Shown here in pieces: positions 1 to 12,095 of a stretch of 64,000 nucleotides of DNA. Below the pieces are notes generated by a model. That model searched no databases, had not been told where the DNA came from, and saw only the letters and a program-made list of their open reading frames with translations. The stretch is from contig NC_043010.1 in assembly GCF_006345805.1 (NCBI RefSeq), positions 65,348,001 through 65,412,000 of the forward strand, in the 5' to 3' direction. The translations under genes and the position numbers were made by a program. Every line of letters starts with the position of its first letter. The stretch's first letter is position 1. The stretch is from Octopus sinensis (taxonomy: Eukaryota).

Positions 1-150
1 TGACTTATTAATCCGCAATCAAATATTTCATTTCGCTAGCGTGTATACAATTATTTCTATCTATTGCACTTGCATTTTCATTGTTACTATCATTCTTCTG
101 TGAAATATTTCCATACTTATATTCTAGCAACCACTTTTAATCATTTGTAT

Positions 151-460
151 AAGTGAAGAAATATACTCGTGGTCGTTCTAAAAATCTACACGATGATACT
201 AATTCAGAGTATCGTTTAAGTTAGATGGAGGGTGGGGGTTAAGGATGATATTTCATAAGTTTGTGAGGTGTACATCTGGCAAGGCTTTTCAATCGTTAAC
301 GTAATGTTTGTCGAAGAATAGACTCGTTTCTGTTTACAATAAAATAGCATATTGGTTGACTGAAAGTTTCAAATATGATTCGATGCTTCCGTTTATCTGT
401 TCTAGTGTGTAAAGGCGTGAGCATGATAATCTTTTTAAATGTATTAGCTGTTAATCCTTT
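151..460. repeat. ~300-bp segment duplicated at 1952-2246
   Basis: AAGTGAAGAAATATACTCGTGGTCGTTCTA...TAGCTGTTAATCCT occurs twice, near-identical; copy 2 lacks a ~16-bp stretch (GTAAAGGCGTGAGCAT). Confidence 0.9.
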
Positions 461-594
461 TAAGTATTTCGAGAAAAGTAATCAACCGATTATTATCTCA
501 TCCCTATGTATCTTAATGAATCCCACCTCAGTGTTTTATAATCATTTATTGATTCCGTATATTATAATGATTATATTGTTCTACTACTTTATAA

Positions 595-770
595 TTAGTA
601 CTCTGGTCAGAATGCTAAGCGATATTTCTACCACTTTTACGTTCTGAGTTCAAATTCCGCCAAAGTTGGCTTTGTCTTTCATCCTTTCAGGGTCGATAAA
701 ATAAGCACCATTTGAGCACCAATAGATGTGACCGACTTGTCTTTTTCCCCTAAAATGTCTGACTTATACC
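595..770 (+). mobile_element. degenerate tRNA-derived SINE, type A
   Basis: TTCTGAGTTCAAATTCCGCC...TTTCATCCTTTCAGGGTCGATAAAATAAGCACC matches the better copies at 30627-30863 and 47330-47561. Confidence 0.75.
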
Positions 771-1355
771 ATAATTATGCTATTAATATTACATTGTCTT
801 ATTACATTTTGACTCAGTTTAGAACTCTATTTGATGGGACGTGAATCAGCCACTTTAATATCAAGTATTAATTTTATTTTTAGATTCTCCATAGATCTTT
901 TCTCGTATATTCTTTTCCTTCTCTGTCTTTCTCTTTCCCTTGCTTCTCCTTACCTCCCCATCATTTTGTTATTTCTGATGTTGCTCCTGACTTACCCCTC
1001 ACCCTGCTAAGTATCTCTTTTATAATATCTCTGAGTTTGCAGCTACTCATATGTGAATACCTTCCCCTCTACTTAGAATACATACTACATTATCCATCCT
1101 TTGTCTCGTTTGTGCTTGTGGCTTTGGCATTACAATCGATAATATCGAGTTGTAAATGTGCCTTCTCATCTATTTAATAGCTTTAGCTAGGTAATGCAAA
1201 ATAGTGTTTCTCTATGACATCCTAAACTCCTCTCACTAATTTTATATATGATTGTGTTTGTCTCATGTACAATCGCACTACACTGATTCAAAGCCATGAT
1301 GAAATGACAGTTTTGGGTTTTCGTTTAATATCGCTTGAAGCGCCTTATGGCCATT

Positions 1356-1389
<34 letters not shown>

Positions 1390-1951
1390 TAGCACGTTAA
1401 AGGATCTAAATATCTCACTTGTTATAGAAACGATTGCAACAGGATAATAAATGTAATATCAATATCATCACTTCTTTGTTTAATTATATTCTGTCAGTTT
1501 ACTTTCCACAAATTTCAGACTTATGATATACTTGATTGTTTTTCTCCTTTATACATCCTGTTTAACCTGGAGTTCGCCTGAGTCCTAACTTGAGTCGTCA
1601 CCTGGATCTCACGAATTTCACTGTACTTACTCTGTGAGTGTGTGTGTGAAACTTAATAATTTGATGGCTTTAAAAGAAAATTATGAGGTACAAGTAAAAA
1701 TATGCAAATTCATAAATACTGAGACACTAACCGCGTCTAAGACGAAGCAATTAACTGAGTGGGTAGATTATTTGGTATCATTGAATAGTATGTGTGTGAT
1801 ATGACTACTGAATTGCGAACGCTATGATACTTTAATAACTCGTTAAAATTTAATGGGTACGAAATGTTGCTTTTAGTAAAAATCAATTTAATGTCAAAAC
1901 GTCTTTCAGTATGGGGTAATGGTTAACATTAGAACATATAAAGATTAATGG

Positions 1952-2246
1952 AAGTGAAGAAATATACTCGTGGTCGTTCTAAACATCTACACGATGATAC
2001 TAATTCAGAGTATCGTTTAAGTTAGATGGAGAGTGGGGGTTAAGGATGATATTTCATAAGTTTGTGAGGTGTACATCTGGCAAGGCTTTTCAATCGTTAA
2101 TGTAATGTTTGTCGAAGAATAGACTTGTTTCTGTTTTACAATAAAATAGCATATTGATTGACTTAAAGTTTCAAATATGATTCGATGCTTCCGTTTATCT
2201 GTTCTAGTGTGATAATATTTTTAAATGTATTAGCTGTTAATCCTCT
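1952..2246. repeat. second copy of the 151-460 segment
   Basis: direct sequence identity with 151-460, 1.8 kb apart. Confidence 0.9.
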
Positions 2247-4072
2247 TTGTGAAGCTGAAATCTACTTCGTGTTGACCGTGACGCAATTAACCATTTCGTT
2301 CACCTTGCAGTTACATTTAATTGGACTGTTGCTATTTTATTTAGATATAATCTAGTTGAGAGGGATTTCTTGCTTTTTCTTGCTGATATCTGTGCAAAGT
2401 TCTGCGTTATGAAGTATGATATTTTAACAATCATTTGATTAACAACATTGTAGAATTTGTACTTTACAGAAAAATGTTAATAAAAGTAGTTAATAATTGT
2501 GAGATGGTCCTGAGGAATTTATCAATAGTTAATAATAATAACAGCTCATCAGGGTGGTATAACCTTCACTATAGTAATGGGAATTGACGTAATGACTTTA
2601 CGATGTATGAGCAAACAATGGTGTTAACCTCAGCAGAATACTCTAAACATACTATAAGGTCAAAGGTCACTTCATTTTCTTGTTTATTACAAATAAAGTT
2701 GGCATAGAAAATCAAAGACCTTTTTGTGATGGTAAGGCGATGCCGATGTTCATATTGTTGATAGGTGTTATTCAATCTTTGTGGTAGAACGTAGATATAC
2801 GAATGAGTTTACCTCTTGAAGTGACTTCATCTTTTGTACCAAGTAGAAATATATTGTTACTTTGTTATCCTGAATAGTGCTAAACTGTTGAATTACTGAA
2901 TATGTATTATTCCAAAAAGGTAGATGTGATGTAAGCTTCATCGTGAGGAAAAATAAACACTAATATTTTTTTAAGTAAGTGTTATACTGCTTTTTATTAT
3001 TATTAACACATCTGACTGAAAGACAATTTGTAAAATTAGATTTATGAGCTTTAGTTGTATTGCAGATAATTTTTAGCATTGGCATTGATATTGTTTTAAA
3101 GACCATATTTTTAAATATAGTTTAGTTATTAAGTTAGAGATAAACCTGCGGTCGACTTTAGTCATTCACCGATCTGTATGAATCAATTATGGCGCCTCTA
3201 ATGATATCATTATTAGTGCTAAGTACATAACCACCGAGGAATGTAAGGATAATAGGGGAAGAGCAATGAGGTTTTCGAGGGCATTGGTGGGCATCGACGA
3301 GAATAAACTGATTGGCTTATTTGGAGAGATTTTCTCCTTTCTGATTATAGATCACTTCAAGAAACACCTAGTAATGTAACCCCGAGTCAGGCACCGCCTT
3401 ATGCAGATAATCCATACAGGCACTGAGTTACTGTCAGTCGAGCCAACCGAGACGTGTGCAACGTAAAAACACCATACTCCACACACTTGTTTAATGCCAA
3501 AGCATTGTTGGCTTGAATAGTTTGTCGAACGATTATTGTTCCACGCAGAAAGGATCCGAATATCAGCTGAGCCTAACATGAAAGTCGATCTACCAGTTTT
3601 ATTTGAGTAGGAATGATCGTAAGTTTCTTTAAGTCCGGTGACTATAGCAATGGCGAGTGTATGGTGGATGCGGTTGAAAGTAATGACGATAGACACTTTA
3701 CTCTTGGCCAGTTTCTCGTTCACTATTGCAAGTTCTCTACTTGCTAACGATTAGGGCGGAGAGTTAGGTGAGAGGCTAGAGAGGGAGAGCTGCAATAAAT
3801 TTGTTTAGATGAAAATGACTTTGGGAAACGAAGTCCAAGTGAATAGAACTAGCTTCAGCATAAGCTTGTAGCCCGGGGAACAGGGTAATCAGGATATAAT
3901 CCTTGACCCATAGGGTTCCGTGATTGTCTAAAGAAGGTGCTTCTCCTCTTCGGATATTAACATGTCATATACAGTGCATTCCATCAGATTTCATTTTATA
4001 CGATTTCAAGAGACTTTGAATAACTTCTGTCTGTTAAGTCACACTTGAAGTAATAATAAAGAAATTATAATC

Positions 4073-4136
<64 letters not shown>
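4073..4136. repeat. (AGT)n microsatellite
   Basis: pure AGT run. Confidence 0.98.
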
Positions 4137-4322
4137 TATCGAGGTAGGATTATATTTTTCTGTCTCATGAAAATATAGAAGGATATGTTCTTTTTGTTAT
4201 TGTTATCTTTTGATGAAGTTTTCTTATATTATTGATACAAATACACACACACACACACACCCACACATACATATATATATATATACAGAGATAGAGCGAG
4301 AGAGAGATAGTGATATATATAT

Positions 4323-4353
<31 letters not shown>

Positions 4354-4511
4354 AGCATTTACATTTCTACAAATATTTGCACACATACGCACATACACAG
4401 AAATACACACAGGACTTACACACATATACGCATATGCATGTATATAAATGCACACGCATGCACACATATGTATGTATGTAGGTGTTTTACTGAAGTTCTT
4501 CTGAAGAGAGA

Positions 4512-4582
<71 letters not shown>

Positions 4583-4639
4583 GTATACGCGATGAATTTT
4601 ATGTACGACCTATGGAGAATAACATCTGAAATCACTTTA

Positions 4640-4770
4640 GGGGAACATTTTCCTGTGGTAAACCCCCTTAGAAAAATATTTAGCCCCTAATCTATAAAAT
4701 TGTCTTTTTCCACCAACATTGCCGAAGTTATCCGAAATCTTAACAAGAAACTCCGAAATCCACCAACAGC
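4640..4770 (+). mobile_element. Penelope-like element remnant (RT to GIY-YIG linker)
   Basis: translates EHFPVVNPLRKIFSP*SIKLSFSTNIAEVIRNLNKKL, like the PLE motif HFP..H...KIFN...IKLSYS..PN and like the equivalent region at ~45310-45410. Confidence 0.55.
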
Positions 4771-5157
4771 TAACCCCCACCCTCGTAAATTAATTCAACA
4801 TAACCCCCAACTCCATTCATATAAACCCAATTCACTAACTGACCCTTTAACAAAACTAACCCTCTTAATTACAACTATAATGCCAATGCTAACAACCGAC
4901 CCTTAAATGTACCACAACGCCCAAATATACCTCCTGTCATAATAGAGAACATCCCAGAGGATACCACCGGACACAATAGTTGTCATACCATACAACCCAA
5001 CAATCTCTCTTTTATATTTTGATAAGCATAACAAATGCGCAACCGGTAAAAAGAACTTTCACCTAATTAAATTACTTAAATTACTTCAATTATTTGTCAG
5101 CATTTTCTTCATTTCCTTTTTTTATATATCACCACTCGTGTTCGACATCTCCTTTTT

Positions 5158-5218
<61 letters not shown>

Positions 5219-5301
5219 ATTAAATGGTAAAAATCATTAATAATTTTTACCAGGTGGTCAGCACGGAAATAAAAATCTCATAGGTAAATTATGATTATAT
5301 G

Positions 5302-5399
5302 CATAATTATAACAAGGACTTGGCTTTGCGCCTCACCACTAACGTCTATTTTTTTCAGTGCGTGGTGAGGTGCGAAGCCAAGCCCTTGTTATAATTATG
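5302..5399. repeat. small inverted repeat / mini-MITE
   Basis: ~38-bp arms (CATAATTATAACAAGGACTTGGCTTTGCGCCTCACCAC and its reverse complement, 3 mismatches) with a ~21-nt spacer. Confidence 0.8.
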
Positions 5400-6090
5400 T
5401 ATATATTTATTATTATTATATATATATGTGTGTGTGTGTGTGTGTATGTATGTGTGTGTGTGTGTGTGTGTGTATAAAAATCTGTGTGTGTATGTACGAA
5501 TGTATATATATGGGCATGAGTAAGTCCTCTAAAGGTCCACAAGTCAGGAAAAAGATGCACTCGTATATCTGTCAATAGAGTGGGTATATTATCCGAAGTG
5601 TAGATTATCATATATTCATTGCGGTCGATCTACCAATCCAGGTTGCGGTTCTCTGAAGATAGATAATGCATCGAAACAAAAAGGGGGATTAAGTTATGAG
5701 TTATGTCCCTTGGTACCAAAGCATCACCACTAGATTTGTTATACTGCAAGTCGGCAAGAGTTATCTTGAAGTGTTTGTGGGAATTGCGTGCGTCCTTAAG
5801 GCAGGTGTTCTTGTGGAAATTGGATATGTGTAGTGCATAAGTTTTTGCTGGGGGTGTAAGCATGACCGCAAACTGGATGCCTCTACCTCCAACAGTAGAG
5901 ATCAGTCGCCATATTTCGTACCATATCGGCCACCTCTGATGAGCGTAAGGTTATATCAGGGGTTTGTTACCTAACACTTCGTCGTATCCCTAGAGCGAAA
6001 CCGATTGATAAGATCGACCGTGATGAAAATATAATACTGAATAAATAATGTTTGTGTGTGTGTGCGTGTATATATATATATATATATATA

Positions 6091-6490
6091 AGCGCAGGAA
6101 TGGCTGTGTGGTAAGTAGCTTCCTTACCAACCACATGGTTTCAGTTTCAATCCCACTGCGTGGCACCTTGGACGAGCGTCTTCTACTATAGCCTGGGGCC
6201 GACCAAACCTTTGTGAGTGGGTTTGGTAGAACGAAACTAAAAGAAGGCCGTCGTATACACACACACACATGTATACATATATAGAGAGATATAGATGTGT
6301 GTGTGTGTGTGCATGTGTGTGTGTGTGTGTGCGTGTTTGTGTGTCTGCGTTTCTCCCCCAGCCACAACATCGTTTGACAACCGATGCTGGTGTGCTTACG
6401 ATAGAATTATTCGATAGAATAAGTACTAGGCTTACAAAGAATAAGTCCTGGGCTTGGCTTGACCGCAGTCAAATGACTGAAACCAAAAAA
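6091..6490 (+). mobile_element. tRNA-derived SINE, type B (internal TA/TG tract)
   Basis: GCGCAGGAATGGCTGTGTGGTAAGTAGCTT head, GCACCTTGG...GACCAAA body, GACAACCGATGCTGGTGTG...GACTGAAAC tail; many copies in window; resembles published octopus SINEs (from memory). Confidence 0.85.
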
Positions 6491-6701
6491 ATATGTGTGT
6501 GTTTGTGTGTGAGTATGTGTGTGTTTATACATACATACATATACAATTTTAATTTTCACTTATTAATATATATTAATATAAACATCTATATATTTATACA
6601 TAAAAATTCATCATTTGAAAGTTTCCATCTTTTGTTTCCTTTTGTTTTGCGCGTGTATGTGTGTTCACATATGTATTCATATACGCACATATGCATATGC
6701 G

Positions 6702-6774
<73 letters not shown>

Positions 6775-6807
6775 ATATATAGGTTTGTGTGTGTGTATGT
6801 TTACAAT

Positions 6808-7078
6808 TATAGTTGTCGCTAAAGTGATGGAGGGTTGCTAGAAATAAGAGTCAAAATAACTCTTAGCCACGTGAGAGTACTTTTTTAACGACTTACGAGG
6901 GAGACAGTGTCCCTCACTACGACAAGCGAGAGTCCTTCTCGATTGTTGTAGGTAGGGATCGTACCTCCCTTGTCAGTCCTTCGAAAAGTACTCTCACGTG
7001 GCTAAGAGTTGCTTTGACTCGTATTTCTAGCAATGCTGGCGTTTACTAGCACCATCCATCACTTTAGTGACGACTATA
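6808..7078. mobile_element. MITE with ~75-bp TIRs
   Basis: TATAGTTGTCGCTAAAGTGATGGA...CTCTTAGCCACGTGAGAGTACTTTT mirrored by AAAAGTACTCTCACGTGGCTAAGAG...TCCATCACTTTAGTGACGACTATA; TA at both ends. Confidence 0.85.
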
Positions 7079-7216
7079 CTTGTTGCCTTTTGGTTGTAAA
7101 TTGTGAAATAGCCACCTTAGTATAATATATATATATATATATATGTATAGATATGTATATATGATATATATATATAGACGTATATGTATATGTGTGTGTG
7201 TATATATATGCGTATA

Positions 7217-7264
<48 letters not shown>

Positions 7265-7494
7265 CGCATATATGTATATACATAAATGTATATATATGCA
7301 TATATATATGTATATATATTTATATATATATATTTATATGCGTGTATGTATATATATATATATGAGTGTGTGTGTGTGTGTGTGTTTGCATGTGATCGAG
7401 CAGGCTGGTGTTGGTGTGTGTCAGCAAGACTGATTATATATAGTAAAATCGATTTTAACAAAACTGCAATGATCGTACCGTGGTGAGTGGGGAA

Positions 7495-7528
7495 TCCAAC
7501 GTTTCGGAACCAGTTCCTTCTTCAGGGA
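7495..7528 (-). ncRNA. minimal type I hammerhead ribozyme motif (PLE type)
   Basis: minus strand TCC-CTGAAGA-A-GGAAC-TG-GTTCC-GAAAC-GTT/GGA: both core boxes, 5-bp stem II, palindromic ACGT stem III, only 3-bp stem I. Confidence 0.65.
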
Positions 7529-7943
7529 AAAGTTGAATGAAAAGAACTTAATACACTACAGAGTTTTAGATTCCCTAAGTTAAAAACCTGACTACAGTTG
7601 ATAAGGAACGCAAGATATTGTGGGTCTCATACTCGATCGATTAGAGATAGAGCAAGCAAGTTTAAAGAATTCAAGTGAGGTGAAAGAATACTTGGCATCA
7701 TACTAACGATAGATATATTCTTCTACTCCTACATCTCTTAATTCATTAAACCCTTTCTTCGTTTTCAACTGTCCTTTGTTCTTATCTTTTCTTTTCAAAT
7801 GACTCTGAAATTTGACCGCTTTTTCTTACCGTTCCATTCCTCTTTCTTTCTACATTCTAACATTGTGTATTTTATAACCATTTCTTGTTCACGTGTTATG
7901 GTTCTGCATTCATTCCCAGTTGCTGTCTGTTTTCTTTTTGTTC

Positions 7944-7949
7944 TTTATT
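7944..7949 (-). promoter_or_regulatory. candidate polyadenylation signal of the GPCR
   Basis: AATAAA on the minus strand ~430 nt after the stop codon; first canonical hexamer I found. Confidence 0.35.
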
Positions 7950-8010
7950 TTCTGTTTTTTTTTAATTCAGAGAACGTGTAACTCTCTTGTTTTAACTTTT
8001 CTCTTGTTTT

Positions 8011-8063
8011 AACTATTCACCTGATGAAGGACTTTGTGCAAAACGTTGGATTTTCCACTCCAC
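8011..8063 (+). ncRNA. degenerate hammerhead motif, inverted partner of 7495-7528
   Basis: CCTGATGAAGGACTTTGTGCAAAACGTTGGATTTTCCACTC aligns to the reverse complement of 7481-7535; the GAAA box is mutated to AAAA. Confidence 0.55.
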
Positions 8064-8272
8064 ACTGCAAGTTCACTGCACAACTTATTCCGTACTTATA
8101 TATGTGTGTGTGTGTGTGTTTGTGTGCGCGCGTGTACATATGTTTATACACACACATATACATGCATTCAAGCATACACACGCACACACATAGATACATA
8201 TATATATATATATGTGTATGTGTGTGTGTGTGTGTGTGTGTAGATGAATATATTTATATAGTTACGTATATG

Positions 8273-8337
<65 letters not shown>

Positions 8338-8376
8338 ATAAATATATATATATATTATTGAAAAAGAGGTAACATC

Positions 8377-8940
8377 TCACAGTATCGTGGATGACATCTT
8401 GGAACGTTCCGTGTCATAAAACGAATTACTATCCTCCGTATAGTGATAATGGCAGCCACCTTGATAAGCTATCGTGCTACTCGCAGTAAGACCTGTAGTA
8501 ATACTACCACTGCCCTGCCCGACACTAGTGCCACCGACACCCCCAGCACCGCCACCAATCTCACCACCTCCAATGCGATGGCCACCCTTAGCGCAACCAC
8601 CGCAAGCTTTGTCTTGATTCGTGCCACAAATCCCCTTTTTTCCGATCCGTCCCAAACGATTTGTGTTGGAGCTCATGTACTGGTCTTTGCTTCGACACCT
8701 TCGGAGCACTGACATGGAAGCTGCTCGGAATTTGGTGGAAATCAGGTTATAGATGATAGGGTTACAGGCACTGTTGAAGTATGTTAGCAGTCGAACCGTA
8801 TGCAGGATGTTGAGGTACGACACGAACGGCAGAGACTTATGTTGTTCATAAGGAGCGTAGATCTTCCACAGAATCAGGATCCGCAGTGGCACCAGGCAGA
8901 GAAAGAACATGGTAACCACCGTAGCCAGTATGTAGACGAC
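8377..8940 (-). CDS. neuropeptide GPCR (ETH-receptor/ghrelin-receptor-like), last coding exon: TM6-TM7-C tail
   Basis: TTTTGCAG acceptor at 8943-8941; VVYILATVVTMFFLCLVPLRILILW (TM6), YFNSACNPIIYNLISTKFR (NPxxY and helix 8); TGA at 8379-8377. Confidence 0.95.
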   Translation of the reverse strand, partial: VVYILATVVTMFFLCLVPLRILILWKIYAPYEQHKSLPFVSYLNILHTVRLLTYFNSACNPIIYNLISTKFRAASMSVLRRCRSKDQYMSSNTNRLGRIGKKGICGTNQDKACGGCAKGGHRIGGGEIGGGAGGVGGTSVGQGSGSITTGLTASSTIAYQGGCHYHYTEDSNSFYDTERSKMSSTIL

Positions 8941-9775
8941 CTGCAAAAGAGTTTAAAATATATATTTCGTATATAAATATTATTTGCTTTTCTGTAGAGT
9001 TAAGGACGTGTTTCACGTAGCTTCCGTCTATCAAATTCCACTCAGATGTTATTGGTAGTAAGCCTATATCCGAATGCTACTCAGTGAGGACGGTTCAGGA
9101 ACCACGTAGGTGAAAATGACGTCTCTACGTAATTTACCTTCTGTACTGTTTGTCGTTGACTATTACATAAAGCTATGCATCAATATAATTATTCTGCTGT
9201 GACTGGTCCATTAGATACACGGATGTCTATGTTTCGCTAGGGAGGCTAATAAGCCCTAAACATTACTGAGTCCAGATACGTCATCAACCTAATGATTCAC
9301 TGACAAGACCAAGGAAAATCGAAATTATGTGATCTGGTGGCTTCAGCGCTGGATTGGCAGGGAGTTATCTCCCCGCTAGCGATGTAAACAAGAGTGCATT
9401 TTGTACCAAAAGCCAATATGAGAGTTTCTCTCATTTTACCTACAGCAGTATGGCTTGCTCTAGCAGAACTTCCACGTTTAAGTGCGGATAAATATTATTA
9501 AGTGACTTTGAATCTTCTGTCTCTACATTAAATGCGATGGTTGTCATATTTCAACTAATCATACGACCATGTTTAATTACTTAGATCGATATGTATTCCT
9601 CTTTTATCTGGTAATTTATGAAGATACTGATTCTTATGGCAATTTGATTGAGCGCATACGATTGGGAATGGGTAATATAATTGAACAGTTTTCTATATTA
9701 AATTTCAGATCATTTTTCTCCGAGATCGTAAACAATTTTACGGAAACAATCATAAATGGAAAGTGAAACAAGTTT

Positions 9776-9890
9776 CCGTCTATCACTTTACCCCGAGGTT
9801 ATAGTATAAGACACTTGCCCAAGATGCCACGCAGAGGGACTGCACCTGAAGCCATTTATTTGAGAAGCAAACTTCTTACCACACAGCCAT
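9776..9890 (-). mobile_element. SINE type B, 5' fragment
   Basis: GACACTTGCCCAAGATGCCACGCAG...CTTACCACACAGCCAT. Confidence 0.75.
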
Positions 9891-10623
9891 GATGGTAAAG
9901 ATAATTTGCAACTCCTTAGTGTAGAGTGTTTTAAATCACATTGTACTTCGTCTCTAATGGAATGATGATGTAGTTACTGCAAATATATTTGAATCGCTTC
10001 AATCACGTTCAATAGTCAACATTTATACATTGAGATTATATTATTTAGAAAACAAAATATAAATTAAATACAATGGGAGCATAGGATGGAACAAAGTGTG
10101 AATGGATTTACTCGACTTGGTTCTTTCAAGGTTTTATTTCCTCTCCACGGGAAGTTCTCTCTTGTTCCACTGTAGTACAGTTTGGGGCTTCTAATTTCAT
10201 TAGAATTTCCTTAGATGTTGACTACATAACAGAGTACAGGTATATCTCCTTCCTTTCTAGCTATAATGTAGGCACAATATAAGAGGCTTCTAGTCTCTGT
10301 CGTGTAGCACAGAAATACGAATTAATTCGGTTTTCTGTTTAAACTTCTACATGTCATTGGCAAAACAGTCTCAAAGATAGCTTTCTTTGTTCTGTTCTCG
10401 CAAAATTAGAGACAATTTACTATTTGCTGAGTTAGTTAAAAAGAACTTCCTGAATTAGTTGAATAGATGTTCTCTTTATAATGAAATGTTTACAATTAAC
10501 AATATCTCGCCAATGTCACACAGAAAATGGAATATAAATTTAGCAATTGCTTTTACCTGTGAGATACGAAATAAGTAAAAATCAAAGAAAGATAATCAAA
10601 GTCTTGGTCAAAGACCAATATAC

Positions 10624-11057
10624 CTGCTTTCGTGACTTCATCGAAGCACAATTCTTTCTAGTGTCGGCTGCTCCCTGAAGAGTCTGACTGAGCAAAGTGC
10701 AGATGATTCGAAGATAGAGAATAATCAGCAGGAAAAGTGGGAGAATAAAGAACAGCAAAAGAATCACCCACAGATAGATATGCTGCCATATCAAATGGAT
10801 GTCATTGATGCAGATATATCCTTCACTGCCATCATGGAATGACGATTCTTTCAGCTCTGAAGTCAGCAGGAAAGGAAAACACACTAAGGCAGCCAATAAC
10901 CATATTGCCAAAATCACTTTTGTGACCCGGGAGCCGCTAAACATGCTGTAATTTAATAATGGATGACAAATTGCAAAATATCGCTCCAAGCTGATGGCTA
11001 TGATAGTTAAGATGGTTGTACTGGTGCTCAGGTTTTCCAGGAAGTACACAAACCTGC
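10624..11057 (-). CDS. neuropeptide GPCR, middle coding exon: TM3-ICL3
   Basis: ATTGCAG acceptor at 11060-11058, CAG/GTATAT donor at 10623; phase-1 join gives MC-RFVYFLENLSTSTTILTIIAISLERYFAICHPL (ERY motif), TM4 IWLLAALVCFPFL, ECL2 Cys, TM5 FFILPL; phase-0 join gives SRKQ-VVYIL. Confidence 0.95.
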
Positions 11058-11682
11058 CTGCAATATAAGACACATAAAGACGTTGATAACATTGAATTAT
11101 ATGAGTAAATGTGTCCACGTATGAACATAAGTGGATATGCATTTTAGAGTTATATATTGTTGTTAATTTCCATTTATATACATCATAACACATACGTTGT
11201 ATAGATTTGCAAAAGATTTTGATGGCTTATATCTTTAGTAATTAATTATATACATCACCATACAAACACGCTGTACATCATTATATATATAGTATCACAT
11301 ATTGTACACCAAGCATGACTCCTTTGTCCTTTATTTTCAGATATTGCGTATCTAGTATATCGTAAAAAGTGAGTCTTATCATTATTTTTACAAATATGCA
11401 ACTTGAAAATTTGACTGCTATTTCTACTAGATCAGGCAACCTCATTGTTTGTGGTTTCGATTCCTGGACCTGGCAATATGTTGTGTTCTTTATTTCGCAT
11501 TACTCCAGTCCACTCAGCTGGCAAAGATGAGTAATTCTGTGATGGACTGACGTCCCATCCAGGAAGGAAATAGCCTTTCTGCTGAGCTGCAAATATTCAA
11601 CATGAATTACTTCTTTTTTGCAATAAAACGAGGGTACCAAATCCCATGGCTTTCATATATAGTTCTTATATCATTTACAAGT

Positions 11683-11900
11683 TTCAGTCATCGAACTTCG
11701 GCCCGGCTGGAGCACCGCCTTGCAGTATTTTAACCGAACGAATCGACCCCAGCAATTACCGTTTAAAGCCTGGAACTTACTCTATCGGTTGCTTTTGCCA
11801 AAGTGCTAAATTATGTGTGTGTAAACAAACCCACACCGGTTATCATATGGTGGAGGTGGTGGTGGGGGTTGTGTGGTGGTTGGCAAACACAAACACACAC
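11683..11900 (-). mobile_element. SINE type B, 3' half (5' half at 12346-12492)
   Basis: TTCAGTCAT...GCTGGAGCACCGCC...CTATCGGT...TTTGCC; split by inserted DNA in the TA/CA tract. Confidence 0.75.
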
Positions 11901-11936
11901 ATAAGATATATATATATATACAGACACACACACACA

Positions 11937-12095
11937 CGAATCGGGGTGCTCGAAAGTTCCTGGTTTGGAGTAAAAGAAAATAGAGAAGGGTCAGTTAATT
12001 ATGGTTTCATAACATGTCCCCCTCTCAGATTCACACTAATTTTGCAGCGGTCCTTAAGATTTTCAAGTCATGTAAAAGAATTCGGAAGTTTGGCC
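11937..12095 (-). mobile_element. terminal fragment of a mariner-type element
   Basis: CGAATCGGGGTGCTCGAAAGTTCCTGG resembles CGAGGG-type mariner TIRs, followed by ATGTCCCCCTCTCAGATTCACAC...GCAGCGGTCC typical of the reversed transposase end. Confidence 0.5.

Noticed and set aside
2530-2560. CTGATGAG on the minus strand, and similar isolated boxes at 5654, 21118 and 37924
   Set aside because: No matching GAAA box with consistent stems.
3352-3723. 123-aa ORF, and ORFs at 22098-22466 and 23530-23811
   Set aside because: No recognisable domain or splice context; probably old TE debris.
4630-5050. NUMT suggested by strong C/A strand skew
   Set aside because: No mitochondrial gene motif recognised; the start translates as a PLE linker instead.
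5930-6030. Hammerhead candidate CTGATGA-GC...GC-GAAAC
   Set aside because: Core boxes are present but I could not build stem I or a valid stem III with an NUH site; at most a dead remnant.
8443-8712. Antisense Thr/Ala-rich ORF over exon 3
   Set aside because: Shadow of the Gly-rich coding strand; alternative start codon and no independent support.
10582-11193. The 203-aa ORF as a single-exon gene
   Set aside because: Only 11057-10624 is receptor-like; the flanks are intron read-through past canonical splice sites.
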